Source of the DNA: Acidobacteriota bacterium
GTDB lineage: Bacteria > Acidobacteriota > Vicinamibacteria > Vicinamibacterales > UBA2999
Direction of reading: 5' to 3'
Assembly: GCA_963169195.1 (NCBI GenBank)
Contig: CAUJDN010000123.1
Coordinates: forward strand, 1,021-65,020
Length of the DNA: 64,000 bases
Shown here: positions 45,111-53,633 of the stretch, piece after piece
Layout: every line of letters starts with the position of its first letter
Numbering within the stretch: the stretch's first letter is position 1
Made by a program: the position numbers and the translations under genes
Notes under the pieces: model-generated
The model's database searches: none
Told to the model about the DNA's origin: nothing
What the model saw: only the letters and a program-made list of their open reading frames with translations

Positions 45111-46742
45111 GTGAAATACGACGCCATCGTCATCGGGGGCGGTCACAACGGCCTCACCTGCGCTGCGTACCTCGCGCGCGCGGGGCGACGCGTGCTGGCG
45201 CTCGAGCGCCGGCACGTGCTGGGCGGCGCCGCCGTCACCGAGGAGATCGTCCCGGGGTTCAAGTACTCGGTCTGCTCCTACGTCGTCTCGCTGCTGAGGC
45301 CCGAGATCATCCGCGACCTGGATCTGCCCCGCCACGGCATGGAGCTCCTGCCGCTGGATGGCACGTTCACGCCGATGCCGGGCGGCGACTACCTGTGGCG
45401 CGTGAACGACCACGAGAAGACGCGACGGGAGATCGCGCGCCACTCGCGCCTGGACGCGGAAGCCTACGACGAGTACGGCCGCGCGATGGTCGAGATGGGC
45501 CGCTTCGCCAAGCCCATCCTCGCGATGACGCCGCCGGACCCGACCCGGCTCGATCCCCGGGGCCTGCTGGATCTGCTGTCGCTCGGCACGCGCTTCCGCG
45601 CCATGCGGCCTCACGATCGCATCAACCAGGTGCAGCTGCTCACCATGAGCGCGGCGGACTTCCTGGACCAGTGGTTCGAGACCGACGTGCTGAAGGCCAC
45701 GATGAGCGCGTCGGGCATCATCGGCACGTTCCTGGGCGTGAAGTCGCCGGGAACGGCCTACGTCCTGCTCCACCACTACATGGGGGAGATCGACGGGTCC
45801 TTCCGCTCGTGGGGCCTCTCGCGCGGGGGCACGGGCGCGGTGTCGAACGCCATCGGCGACGCGGCCCGGCGCTTCGGCGCCGAGATCCGGACGAACGCGC
45901 CGGTCGGGCGCATCATCACGAAGAACGGCCGCGCCACGGGCGTCGCGCTCGAGAACGGCGACGAGTTCCACGCCGACACGGTCGTGTCGAGCGTGGATCC
46001 GCGGCTCACGTTCCAGCGCTGGATGGACGAGAAGGAGCTGCCGCCGGACTTCGTCGAGGGCGTGCGCCGCTACAAGTTCCGCGGGTCGTCGGGCAAGGTG
46101 AACCTCGCCCTGGACGGCCTGCCGAACTTCACGTGCCTCCCCGGCGCGGGCCCGCACCTGCGCGGCGCCATCTCCATCTCGCCGAGCGTGGACTACATGG
46201 AGCGCGCCTACGACGATGCGAAGTACGGGCGGTTCTCGCGGCGGCCCTACATCGACATCGTCATCCCGTCGCTGACGGACACGTCGCTGGCTCCGCCCGG
46301 CAAGCACGTCATGTCGTGCTTCGTCCAATACGCGCCCTACGAATTGCGGCGGGAGCCGGGAGCCGGGAGCCGGGAGTCCGAGGACCCGGAGCGCCGGGAC
46401 TCCAGTCCGACCGAGTTCGAGTGGGACCGGCAGCGCGAGGCGTTCGGCGACACGGTCATCGACACCATCGCCGAGTACGCCCCGAACATCCGGGACCTCA
46501 TCCTCCATCGCCAGGTGCTGACGCCGCTCGACATCGAGCGCGACTTCGGGCTCGCGGAGGGCAACATCTTCCAGGGCGAGCTGACGCTCGAGCAGCTGTT
46601 CTTCCTGCGGCCCGTTCCCGGGTGGGCGCAGTACACGACGCCGGTGCGCGGCCTCTACATGTGCGGATCCGCCACGCACCCGGGCGGCGGCATCATGGGC
46701 GCGCCGGGGAAGAACGCGGCGGAACGGATCCTCGGACGATGA
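45111..46742 (+). CDS. FAD/NAD(P)-dependent oxidoreductase of the phytoene desaturase (CrtI-like, COG1233) superfamily, paralogue 1
   Basis: GTG 45111. VKYDAIVIGGGHNGLTCAAYLARAGRRVLALERRHVLGGA is a Rossmann GxGxxG motif. The C-terminus GLYMCGSATHPGGGIMGAPG is typical of the family. Confidence 0.8.
   Translation: MKYDAIVIGGGHNGLTCAAYLARAGRRVLALERRHVLGGAAVTEEIVPGFKYSVCSYVVSLLRPEIIRDLDLPRHGMELLPLDGTFTPMPGGDYLWRVNDHEKTRREIARHSRLDAEAYDEYGRAMVEMGRFAKPILAMTPPDPTRLDPRGLLDLLSLGTRFRAMRPHDRINQVQLLTMSAADFLDQWFETDVLKATMSASGIIGTFLGVKSPGTAYVLLHHYMGEIDGSFRSWGLSRGGTGAVSNAIGDAARRFGAEIRTNAPVGRIITKNGRATGVALENGDEFHADTVVSSVDPRLTFQRWMDEKELPPDFVEGVRRYKFRGSSGKVNLALDGLPNFTCLPGAGPHLRGAISISPSVDYMERAYDDAKYGRFSRRPYIDIVIPSLTDTSLAPPGKHVMSCFVQYAPYELRREPGAGSRESEDPERRDSSPTEFEWDRQREAFGDTVIDTIAEYAPNIRDLILHRQVLTPLDIERDFGLAEGNIFQGELTLEQLFFLRPVPGWAQYTTPVRGLYMCGSATHPGGGIMGAPGKNAAERILGR
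46351..46378 (+). repeat. heptamer array GGGAGCC x3 plus GGGAGTC inside the CDS (encodes EPGAGSR)
   Basis: Read directly from the sequence. The codons are cgg cgg gag ccg gga gcc ggg agc cgg gag tcc. Confidence 0.88.
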
Positions 46743-48316
46743 CATACGACGCCATCGTGATGGGCGGGGGCATCAACGGGCTGACCTGCGCGGCGATGCT
46801 GGGAAGGGCCGGGCTCCGGACACTGCTGCTCGAAGGGCGCGACGCGGTGGGCGGCTGCGCGGCCGAACACGAACTGGCCCCCGGGTTCCGCGTGCCCACG
46901 CTCGCCCACCGCACGGGACCGTTGCGCGCGGACGTCGTGAACGACCTGCAGCTGGCGAACCACGGGCTGTCCTTCGTCGCGCGCCCCGTGCGGATGACGG
47001 CGCTCTCGCCCGACGGCCGCGCGCTGGCGCTCTTCGCCGACCCCGCGGCGGCGGCAGGCGCCATCCGGCCGTGGTCCGACCACGACGCGGCGGCGTGGCC
47101 CGCCTTCGCCCGGTCGCTCTCCAGGGTCGCCGGCGTCGTGGGGACGCTGCTGGCCCGCACGCCCCCGGACGTGGACGATCCCGGTGCCCACGATCTCTGG
47201 ACGGCGATGCGCGCGCTCGGCGCCTTCCGAGGGCTGCCGAAGGACGATGCATGGCGGCTGCTCCGGTGGGGACCGATGGCGGTGGCCGACCTGACGAGCG
47301 AGGTCTTCCAGACCGAGCTCCTGCGCGCAGCCGTGGCGGCCGACGGCCTGCTGGGTGGGATGATGGGGCCCTGGTCCGCCGGCAGCGGCCTTCAGCTGCT
47401 GCTCCATGCAGCCAACCAGGCGGTAGCGGCCCTGCGCGATGCGGAGGTCGAGGGCGGGCCCATCGCGGTCGCGCGAGCCCTGGAGGCCGCCGCCCGGCGG
47501 CACGGCGTGGGCATCCGGACGCACGCCGAAGTCGCCCAGGTGGTGGTGCGCGGCGATCGCGCCGCCGGCGTCACGCTCACCTCGGGCGAGACGATCGAGT
47601 CACGCGCCGTCGTGTCCGGCCTGGATCCGAAGCGCACGTTCCTCTCGCTCTGCGACGCGGACCACCTGCCGCCGGAGTTCCTCTGGCGCATCCGGCGCGT
47701 CCGCACGCGCGGGACGCTGGCCAAGGTCAACCTGGCGCTGTCCGCGCTGCCGGTGTTCGGCGAGGCGACCAGGCCGATGCTCGCGGGCCCGGTGCGCATC
47801 GCGCCGACGCTGGACTACCTGGAGCGGGCGTTCGATCACGCCAAGTACGGCGAGTGGTCGCGCGAGCCGTGGATCGAGTTCACCATTCCCTCGCTCGTGG
47901 ACGCCTCGCTGGCGCCCGCGGGCGCGCACGTGCTGTCGGCGTACGTGCAGTGGGTGCCGCGTGGCGTCGGGAGGCGGGAGCCGGGAGCCGGGAGCCGGGA
48001 CACCGACGCCATCCTCGACACGGTGCTGGCCACGCTGGAGCGCTACTCGCCCGGACTCCGCGGGCTCATCGTCGCGAGCGAGATCATCACGCCCGCCGAC
48101 ATGGAGCGCGAGTGGGGGCTCAGTGGCGGGCACGTCTTCCACGGTGAGCTGGCGCTGGACCAGATGTTGATGATGCGGCCGCTGCTCGGCTTCGGGCGCT
48201 ACCGCTCGCCCATCGACGGGCTGTTCCTCTGTGGTTCGGGCACGCATCCGGGCACGGGGCTGACGGGCGGGTCCGGGGCTAACGCCGCCCGCGTCATCGC
48301 CGGGTGCCTGCGCTAG
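46739..48316 (+). CDS. FAD/NAD(P)-dependent oxidoreductase of the phytoene desaturase (CrtI-like) superfamily, paralogue 2
   Basis: ATG 46739 forms an ATGA overlap with paralogue 1. It reads MTYDAIVMGGGINGLTCAAMLGRAGLRTLLLEGRDAVGGC... and has the C-terminus GLFLCGSGTHPGTGLTGGSG. Confidence 0.8.
   Translation: MTYDAIVMGGGINGLTCAAMLGRAGLRTLLLEGRDAVGGCAAEHELAPGFRVPTLAHRTGPLRADVVNDLQLANHGLSFVARPVRMTALSPDGRALALFADPAAAAGAIRPWSDHDAAAWPAFARSLSRVAGVVGTLLARTPPDVDDPGAHDLWTAMRALGAFRGLPKDDAWRLLRWGPMAVADLTSEVFQTELLRAAVAADGLLGGMMGPWSAGSGLQLLLHAANQAVAALRDAEVEGGPIAVARALEAAARRHGVGIRTHAEVAQVVVRGDRAAGVTLTSGETIESRAVVSGLDPKRTFLSLCDADHLPPEFLWRIRRVRTRGTLAKVNLALSALPVFGEATRPMLAGPVRIAPTLDYLERAFDHAKYGEWSREPWIEFTIPSLVDASLAPAGAHVLSAYVQWVPRGVGRREPGAGSRDTDAILDTVLATLERYSPGLRGLIVASEIITPADMEREWGLSGGHVFHGELALDQMLMMRPLLGFGRYRSPIDGLFLCGSGTHPGTGLTGGSGANAARVIAGCLR
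47969..48003 (+). repeat. heptamer array GGGAGGC plus GGGAGCC x3 plus GGGACAC inside the CDS (encodes REPGAGSR)
   Basis: Read directly from the sequence. It sits at the loop homologous to the insert in paralogue 1. Confidence 0.88.
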
Positions 48317-48375
48317 CACCGCGGCGGCGACTGTCCGCTGGCGATTGCCCGGACTGGCCATCGCCGATGAGCCGC

Positions 48376-49965
48376 CTATGAGTACAGCGGCTCCCACATG
48401 GCGGCGGCAACCGCGGCAGCGAGGTCGGGCGTCCGGCCCACCCCCGCCAGCCCGTCGGTGAAGGCGACGCTCGCGACCGCGGCGGCCACCGCGCGCGATA
48501 CCTCGCGCAGGCGAGCCGGCGCCGGGTACACGCGCCCTTCCGCCAGTTCCGCTTCGGTCACGCACCCGGCCAGCGCGCGTGCCGCCGCGAAGAACATCTC
48601 GTCGGTGACGCGCCGCGCGCCCGCGACGAGCAGGCCCAGCCCAACGCCGGGGAAGACGAACGCGTTGTTTCCCTGTCCCGACACGTGCACGCGCCCGGCA
48701 TGCGCCACCGACGGAAACGGGCTGCCGCTCGCGAAGATGGCGCGGTCAGCAGTCCACGCATAGGCCTGCTCCGCGGTGCACTCCGCCTTCGACGTGGGGT
48801 TCGAGAGCGCGAACACCACCGGGCGCTCGTTGAGGCGCGCCATCGCGGCCAGCACGTCCTCGGTGAAGCGCCCGCCCTGCCCGCAAGCGCCGATGATGGT
48901 CGTCGGCTGAAACGCCTCGACGGCGGCGGCCAGATCCGGCACGGGCGCGCGGTCCTGCGCGAAGCGGCGCTTGTGCTCCGGCAAATCGGTGCGGCTGGCA
49001 ACCACGAGCCCGCGTGAATCCACGAACAGGCACCGCCCCAGCGCCTCGGGCTCCGACAGCCCCTCGCGCCGCATCGCGGAGACGACCAGGCCGCCCACGC
49101 CCAGGCACGCCTCGCCTGCCCCGACGAACAGCAGGCGCTGCTCGCGAAGCGCCTTCCCGGTAATCCGCCCCGACGAGAGGAGGCCGGCCAGCCCCATCGC
49201 GCCCGTGCCCTGCACATCGTCGTTGAAGCAACAGAGCCGATCGCGATGGCGCCCGAGCAGCCGGAACGCCGAGGCGTTGTTGAAGTCCTCGAACTGCACG
49301 ATGACGCCGGGGAACACGTCCTGCGCGGCCTCGACGAACTCCTCCAGGAAGTCGTCGTACCGCGCGCCCGTCAGCCGGGGCTGGCGCTCCCCCAGGTAGT
49401 GCGGGTGCTCGCGCACGGCTCTGTTGTCGGTGCCGACGTCGAGCGTGATGGGCAGGCCCAGCGCCGGGGGCACCCCCGCGCAGGCGGTGTAGAGCGCCAG
49501 CTTGCCGATCGGAATCCCCATCCCGTTCACGCCGAGATCGCCGAGCCCGAGGATGCGGCCGCCGTCGGTCACGACGATGATGCCGACGCGCGCGCGCGGC
49601 CAGTTGCGCAACACCTCACGGACGCGCCCGCCATGCTGCCACGCCGAGAGGTAAAGGCCCCTCGGCCGCTCGAAGATGTCGCTCCACTGGGTGCACGCCT
49701 CTCCCACCGTGGGCGTGTACACGACGGGCAGGAGTTCCTCGAGGTGGTCGACGAGCACGCGAAAGAACAGCGTCTCGTTCTCGTCGCGCACCCCGCAGAG
49801 GCACATGTAGCGCTCCAGCGGGCCCGACCTCGCCCGGACCTTGGCCAGGACGCGGTCCGCCTGCTCGGCGAGCGACTCGACGCGCGGCGGCAGGACGCCG
49901 TCGATGCCGAGCGCGCGGCGCTCGTCGAGCGTGCAGGCCGTGCCCTTGTTCGTCAGTGGATCCAC
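48376..49965 (-). CDS. NAD(P)-dependent malic enzyme (oxaloacetate-decarboxylating malate dehydrogenase)
   Basis: VYTPTVGEACTQWS, VVTDGGRILGLGDLGVNGMGIPIGKLALYTACAG and FNDDVQGTGA. I moved the start to GTG 49965 (VDPLTNKG), which has a GGGGGAGG Shine-Dalgarno 5 nt upstream. The longest ORF start (50016) would overlap the divergent promoter and start codon. Confidence 0.85.
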   Translation of the reverse strand: MDPLTNKGTACTLDERRALGIDGVLPPRVESLAEQADRVLAKVRARSGPLERYMCLCGVRDENETLFFRVLVDHLEELLPVVYTPTVGEACTQWSDIFERPRGLYLSAWQHGGRVREVLRNWPRARVGIIVVTDGGRILGLGDLGVNGMGIPIGKLALYTACAGVPPALGLPITLDVGTDNRAVREHPHYLGERQPRLTGARYDDFLEEFVEAAQDVFPGVIVQFEDFNNASAFRLLGRHRDRLCCFNDDVQGTGAMGLAGLLSSGRITGKALREQRLLFVGAGEACLGVGGLVVSAMRREGLSEPEALGRCLFVDSRGLVVASRTDLPEHKRRFAQDRAPVPDLAAAVEAFQPTTIIGACGQGGRFTEDVLAAMARLNERPVVFALSNPTSKAECTAEQAYAWTADRAIFASGSPFPSVAHAGRVHVSGQGNNAFVFPGVGLGLLVAGARRVTDEMFFAAARALAGCVTEAELAEGRVYPAPARLREVSRAVAAAVASVAFTDGLAGVGRTPDLAAAVAAAMWEPLYS

Positions 49966-49983
49966 GTCCGCCTCCCCCGGCAC

Positions 49984-49989
49984 TATAAT
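49984..49989 (+). promoter_or_regulatory. TATAAT -10 box upstream of the 50015 gene
   Basis: The context is ccggcac-TATAAT-tcggcaccacttcc-GGAGG-ctcgac-ATG. Confidence 0.5.
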
Positions 49990-50014
49990 TCGGCACCACT
50001 TCCGGAGGCTCGAC

Positions 50015-51793
50015 ATGCGGCGTCCCCTCGCCCTCCTCGGCCTGATGCTTGCCCTCGCGCTGGCGGCGCGAGCGGCGCCTCTGCACCCCCAGACCGGCGC
50101 GATCCGGGTCCCCTCCGCCGCGGGCGTGACCGGCGGTGTGACGGGTGCCGTTGTTCAACGGGGTCAGACGCCCACGCGCGATCGTCGGCCCGGCAGCCCG
50201 CGCGAGGGCACGGCCGCCATTCGCGGCTACGTGGTCGCGGCCGACACGGGAACGCCCCTGCGCCGCGCCGAGGTGGGCGCCTTCGCGATGACCGGCGAGG
50301 GCGGCGGCATGGCGCAGACCGACGCGGAGGGACGCTTCGAGATCGCGAATCTGCCGGCGGGGCGGTACCACGTCAGCGTGCAGCGAAGCGGCTACGTCGC
50401 GCAGTCGTTCGGGCAACGCGCGCCGAACCAGCCGGGCACGCCCATCGAGATCGGCGAGGGCCAGGTCGTCGAGACGCTGCACTTCGCGCTCGTGCGCGGC
50501 GGCGCGATCAGTGGCCGGGTCGTGGACGAGTTCGGCGAGCCCGTGTCGTCGGCGCAGGTGAGCGCGCAGCGCTGGGCCTACCTGGGCGGCGCGCGGCGGC
50601 TGGTGGAAGCCGGCGCCGAGGGAGGGGCGGATCGCACCGACGACCAGGGGCAGTTCCGCCTGTATGGCCTGCCGCCCGGCGAGTACTACGTGATGGCCAC
50701 CCTCAGGGCGTTCGAGTTCGTGCCGATGAACACGGCCGCACCGCCGGCCGAGGGCTTTGCGCCGACGTATTACCCGGGCACCTCGAATGTCGCGGACGCG
50801 CGCCGCCTCACGGTGCGGGCAGGACAGGAGCTGCCGAACGTGGCCTTCGCGCTCACCTCCGCCCGCCTGGGCCGCATTCTCGGGCGGGTCGCGACGAGCG
50901 CCGGCGGGCCGTACGTCGGCGGCATGCTGATGGTGGCGCTGCGGGACGACGGCGTGGTGCGGGGCGGCATGTTGTCGGGCGCCCAGGTGCGGCCGGACGG
51001 CAGGTTCCAGACCGCCCCGCTGGCCCCGGGCGCCTACACGCTGACGGTGCAGCCGATGGGCAACCGCGGCAATCCGGACGCCGAGGTCGCGCGCGTGGAC
51101 GTCACCGTCAACGGCGAGGACGTCCGCGACGTCCACATCGTGACCGGCCGGGGCGGCGTCATCCGCGGCCGTGTCTCCACCGAGGATGGGACCGTGCCGC
51201 CCTTCAGTCCCCGGCAGATGCGCATCTTCGCGCAGCCCGAGGATCCCACGCGGCCCGGCTTCGGCGTCGCCCCGGGCACGGTGCGCGACGACTGGACGTT
51301 CGAGATCGCCGGGCTCACCGACCGCGTGCGCCTGCGGTGGTCGATCGACATGCCGGGCGGCGGGTGGTCGCTGAAGAGCGCGATGAAGGACACCGTGGAC
51401 CTCGCGGACGTGGCCGCGGACGTGGCCCCCGGCGAGGTCGTCGAGGAGGTGGAGATCACGCTCACGCGCAAGGTCACCGAGTTGTCCGGACTCGTGACCG
51501 ACGATCGCAACGCGCCCGTGACGGACGCGACCGTGGTGGTGTTTCCGGAGGACCGGAGCCTCTGGACCTTCTCGTCGCGCTACGTGCGCACGGCCAGGCC
51601 GGACGTCAGCGGCAAGTACACGGTGCGGCTGACACCTACGGACGGGTATCGCGCCATCGCCGTGCAGGGCCTGGAGCAGGACGAAGCACTCGACCCGGAT
51701 TTCCTCGGCCGCGCCCTGGAGGCCGCAGCGACCGCCGAGATTCGGGAAGGGGAATCGCGGGCGCTCGACCTGCGACTGGCGACGGTCAGGTAA
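50015..51793 (+). CDS. secreted carboxypeptidase-regulatory-like (CarboxypepD_reg) repeat protein, paralogue 1 (592 aa)
   Basis: Signal peptide MRRPLALLGLMLALALAARA. Repeated blocks such as IRGYVVAADTGTPLRRAEV...TDAEGRFEIANLPAGRYHVSVQRSGY and ISGRVVDEFGEPVSSAQV...TDDQGQFRLYGLPPGEYYV follow. Confidence 0.75.
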   Translation: MRRPLALLGLMLALALAARAAPLHPQTGAIRVPSAAGVTGGVTGAVVQRGQTPTRDRRPGSPREGTAAIRGYVVAADTGTPLRRAEVGAFAMTGEGGGMAQTDAEGRFEIANLPAGRYHVSVQRSGYVAQSFGQRAPNQPGTPIEIGEGQVVETLHFALVRGGAISGRVVDEFGEPVSSAQVSAQRWAYLGGARRLVEAGAEGGADRTDDQGQFRLYGLPPGEYYVMATLRAFEFVPMNTAAPPAEGFAPTYYPGTSNVADARRLTVRAGQELPNVAFALTSARLGRILGRVATSAGGPYVGGMLMVALRDDGVVRGGMLSGAQVRPDGRFQTAPLAPGAYTLTVQPMGNRGNPDAEVARVDVTVNGEDVRDVHIVTGRGGVIRGRVSTEDGTVPPFSPRQMRIFAQPEDPTRPGFGVAPGTVRDDWTFEIAGLTDRVRLRWSIDMPGGGWSLKSAMKDTVDLADVAADVAPGEVVEEVEITLTRKVTELSGLVTDDRNAPVTDATVVVFPEDRSLWTFSSRYVRTARPDVSGKYTVRLTPTDGYRAIAVQGLEQDEALDPDFLGRALEAAATAEIREGESRALDLRLATVR

Positions 51794-51835
51794 CGGACGT
51801 GCCGCGGGCGGCGTAGATGATCCCAGGGGCCGTCG

Positions 51836-53614
51836 ATGATCAGCAGCGCTGCTCGTGACCACCGCTCTCGCCGGCAGGCGCGCCTGGCGGCCGTCGCCTG
51901 CGCCTGTTGGGCCGCCTGGGTGCTGATGCCAGCCTCCGCCCTGTCGGCGCAAGGGCCCGGGTCAACCGCTTCCGGGCAGACCGCGCGCCCACAGGTGGGC
52001 GGCCAGCGGACGCCTCCACGCGCGGGCCGCATGGCCGAGACGCCCGCTCCTCGTGGCACCGCCGTGCTGCGCGGGCAGGTGGTGGCACTGGACACCGGGG
52101 CGCCGGTCAGGCGCGCGCAGGTGCGTGTCAGCGCGCAGAGCGTCCGCGAGGCGCGCCTGGCCACCACCGACGCCGACGGGCGTTTCGAGGTCCGCGAGCT
52201 GGCCGCCGGCCGCTACACGATGACGGCCAGCAAGGGCGGCTTCGTGACGCTGCAGTACGGGCAGCGCCGGCCCGGCGAGTCGGGCACGCCGCTGGAACTG
52301 GCCGACGGCCAGGTGCTCGACAGGCTGCTGATCGGCCTGCCGCGCGGGAGCGTCATCAGCGGGCGCGTGACCGACGAGTTCGGCGAGCCGGTGGCCAACG
52401 CCGCCGTGATGGCGATGCGCTCCGCGTATACCGGCGGCACGCGGCGGCTGGTGCCCGCCGGCGCACGCGACACCACCGACGATCAGGGCCAGTACCGGTT
52501 GTACGGCCTGCCACCCGGCGACTACGTCGTGAGCGCGAACCTCCGCACGCGGGAGGTCACCGATCCGGGTGACGATCCGTCGGGCTACGCCCCGACGTAC
52601 TTTCCCGGCACGCCGAACCCCGGCGAAGCCGAGCGCGTGCGGCTGGGGCTGGCGCAGGAGAACAGCAGCGTGTCGTTCGGGCTGGTCGCGACGCGGCTGG
52701 TGAGCGTGTCGGGACAGGTCCTGAACTCCACGGGCGGGCCACCACCCGGCGGCGCGGTGGTGCTGATGCCGCCGGGGGGAGCGCGCGGCGCCGCGGCCTT
52801 CATGCCGGGCGGCGGCGGGCGCATCGACGCCACCGGGGCATTTCGCATCGCGAACGTCGCGCCGGGGCGGTACCAGCTGCAGGCGCGCACGGGTGTGCGC
52901 GGCGAAGGCGAGTTCGCGCGCATGGATCTGACCGTCGGTGCAGAGGATGTGGCGGGGCTCACGTTGGTCACCGCGCTGGCCGGCCGCGTGAGCGGGGCGG
53001 TGGTCACCGACACCGGCGCCCCGCTGCCCGTGTCTGGCCAGCCCATTCAGGTCTCGGCGCGGCCCGCCTCACCCGAGGCGGCGCCAGGCCTCGGTGGAGG
53101 CGGTGGAGGGCGCATCTCGGACGACGGGACGTTCGAGCTGGGGAACCTCACCGACGCGCGCGTGATTCGCGTCTCGGTCCCGCAGGGATGGATGCTGAAG
53201 TCGGTCACGCTGAACGGCGAGGACATCACGGACACGCCGATCGACGTCGGTCCCGGCCAGCACCTCACGGGGCTTCGCGTGGCGATCACGCAGAGGATCG
53301 GCACGCTGACGGGAACCGTGGTGGACGCGCGGAAGCAGCCGGTGCTCGACGCCACGGTGGTCCTGTTTCCCTCGGATGAGGCCCGGCGCACGTTCCAGTC
53401 ACGCTTCGTCCGGACCGCACGGCCCGATCAGCAGGGGACCTTCCGCCTCACTGGCCTCCCACCCGGCAGCTACATGGCCGTGGCACTGCAGGGGCTGGAG
53501 GACGGGCAGGCCAGCGATCCGGAGTTCCTCGCGGGCATGGAGGATCTGGCCACACGCCTGGCCCTGGAGGAAGGCGAGAGCCGGAGCCTGACGCTGGAGC
53601 TCCAGCAACCCTGA
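51836..53614 (+). CDS. secreted carboxypeptidase-regulatory-like repeat protein, paralogue 2 (592 aa)
   Basis: It has the same architecture and length as paralogue 1 (LRGQVVALDTGAPVRRAQV..TDADGRFEVRELAAGRYTMTASKGGF; ISGRVTDEFGEPVANAAV..TDDQGQYRLYGLPPGDYVV). Confidence 0.75.
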   Translation: MISSAARDHRSRRQARLAAVACACWAAWVLMPASALSAQGPGSTASGQTARPQVGGQRTPPRAGRMAETPAPRGTAVLRGQVVALDTGAPVRRAQVRVSAQSVREARLATTDADGRFEVRELAAGRYTMTASKGGFVTLQYGQRRPGESGTPLELADGQVLDRLLIGLPRGSVISGRVTDEFGEPVANAAVMAMRSAYTGGTRRLVPAGARDTTDDQGQYRLYGLPPGDYVVSANLRTREVTDPGDDPSGYAPTYFPGTPNPGEAERVRLGLAQENSSVSFGLVATRLVSVSGQVLNSTGGPPPGGAVVLMPPGGARGAAAFMPGGGGRIDATGAFRIANVAPGRYQLQARTGVRGEGEFARMDLTVGAEDVAGLTLVTALAGRVSGAVVTDTGAPLPVSGQPIQVSARPASPEAAPGLGGGGGGRISDDGTFELGNLTDARVIRVSVPQGWMLKSVTLNGEDITDTPIDVGPGQHLTGLRVAITQRIGTLTGTVVDARKQPVLDATVVLFPSDEARRTFQSRFVRTARPDQQGTFRLTGLPPGSYMAVALQGLEDGQASDPEFLAGMEDLATRLALEEGESRSLTLELQQP

Positions 53615-53633
53615 CTCGGTCCTCTCTGCTCTG

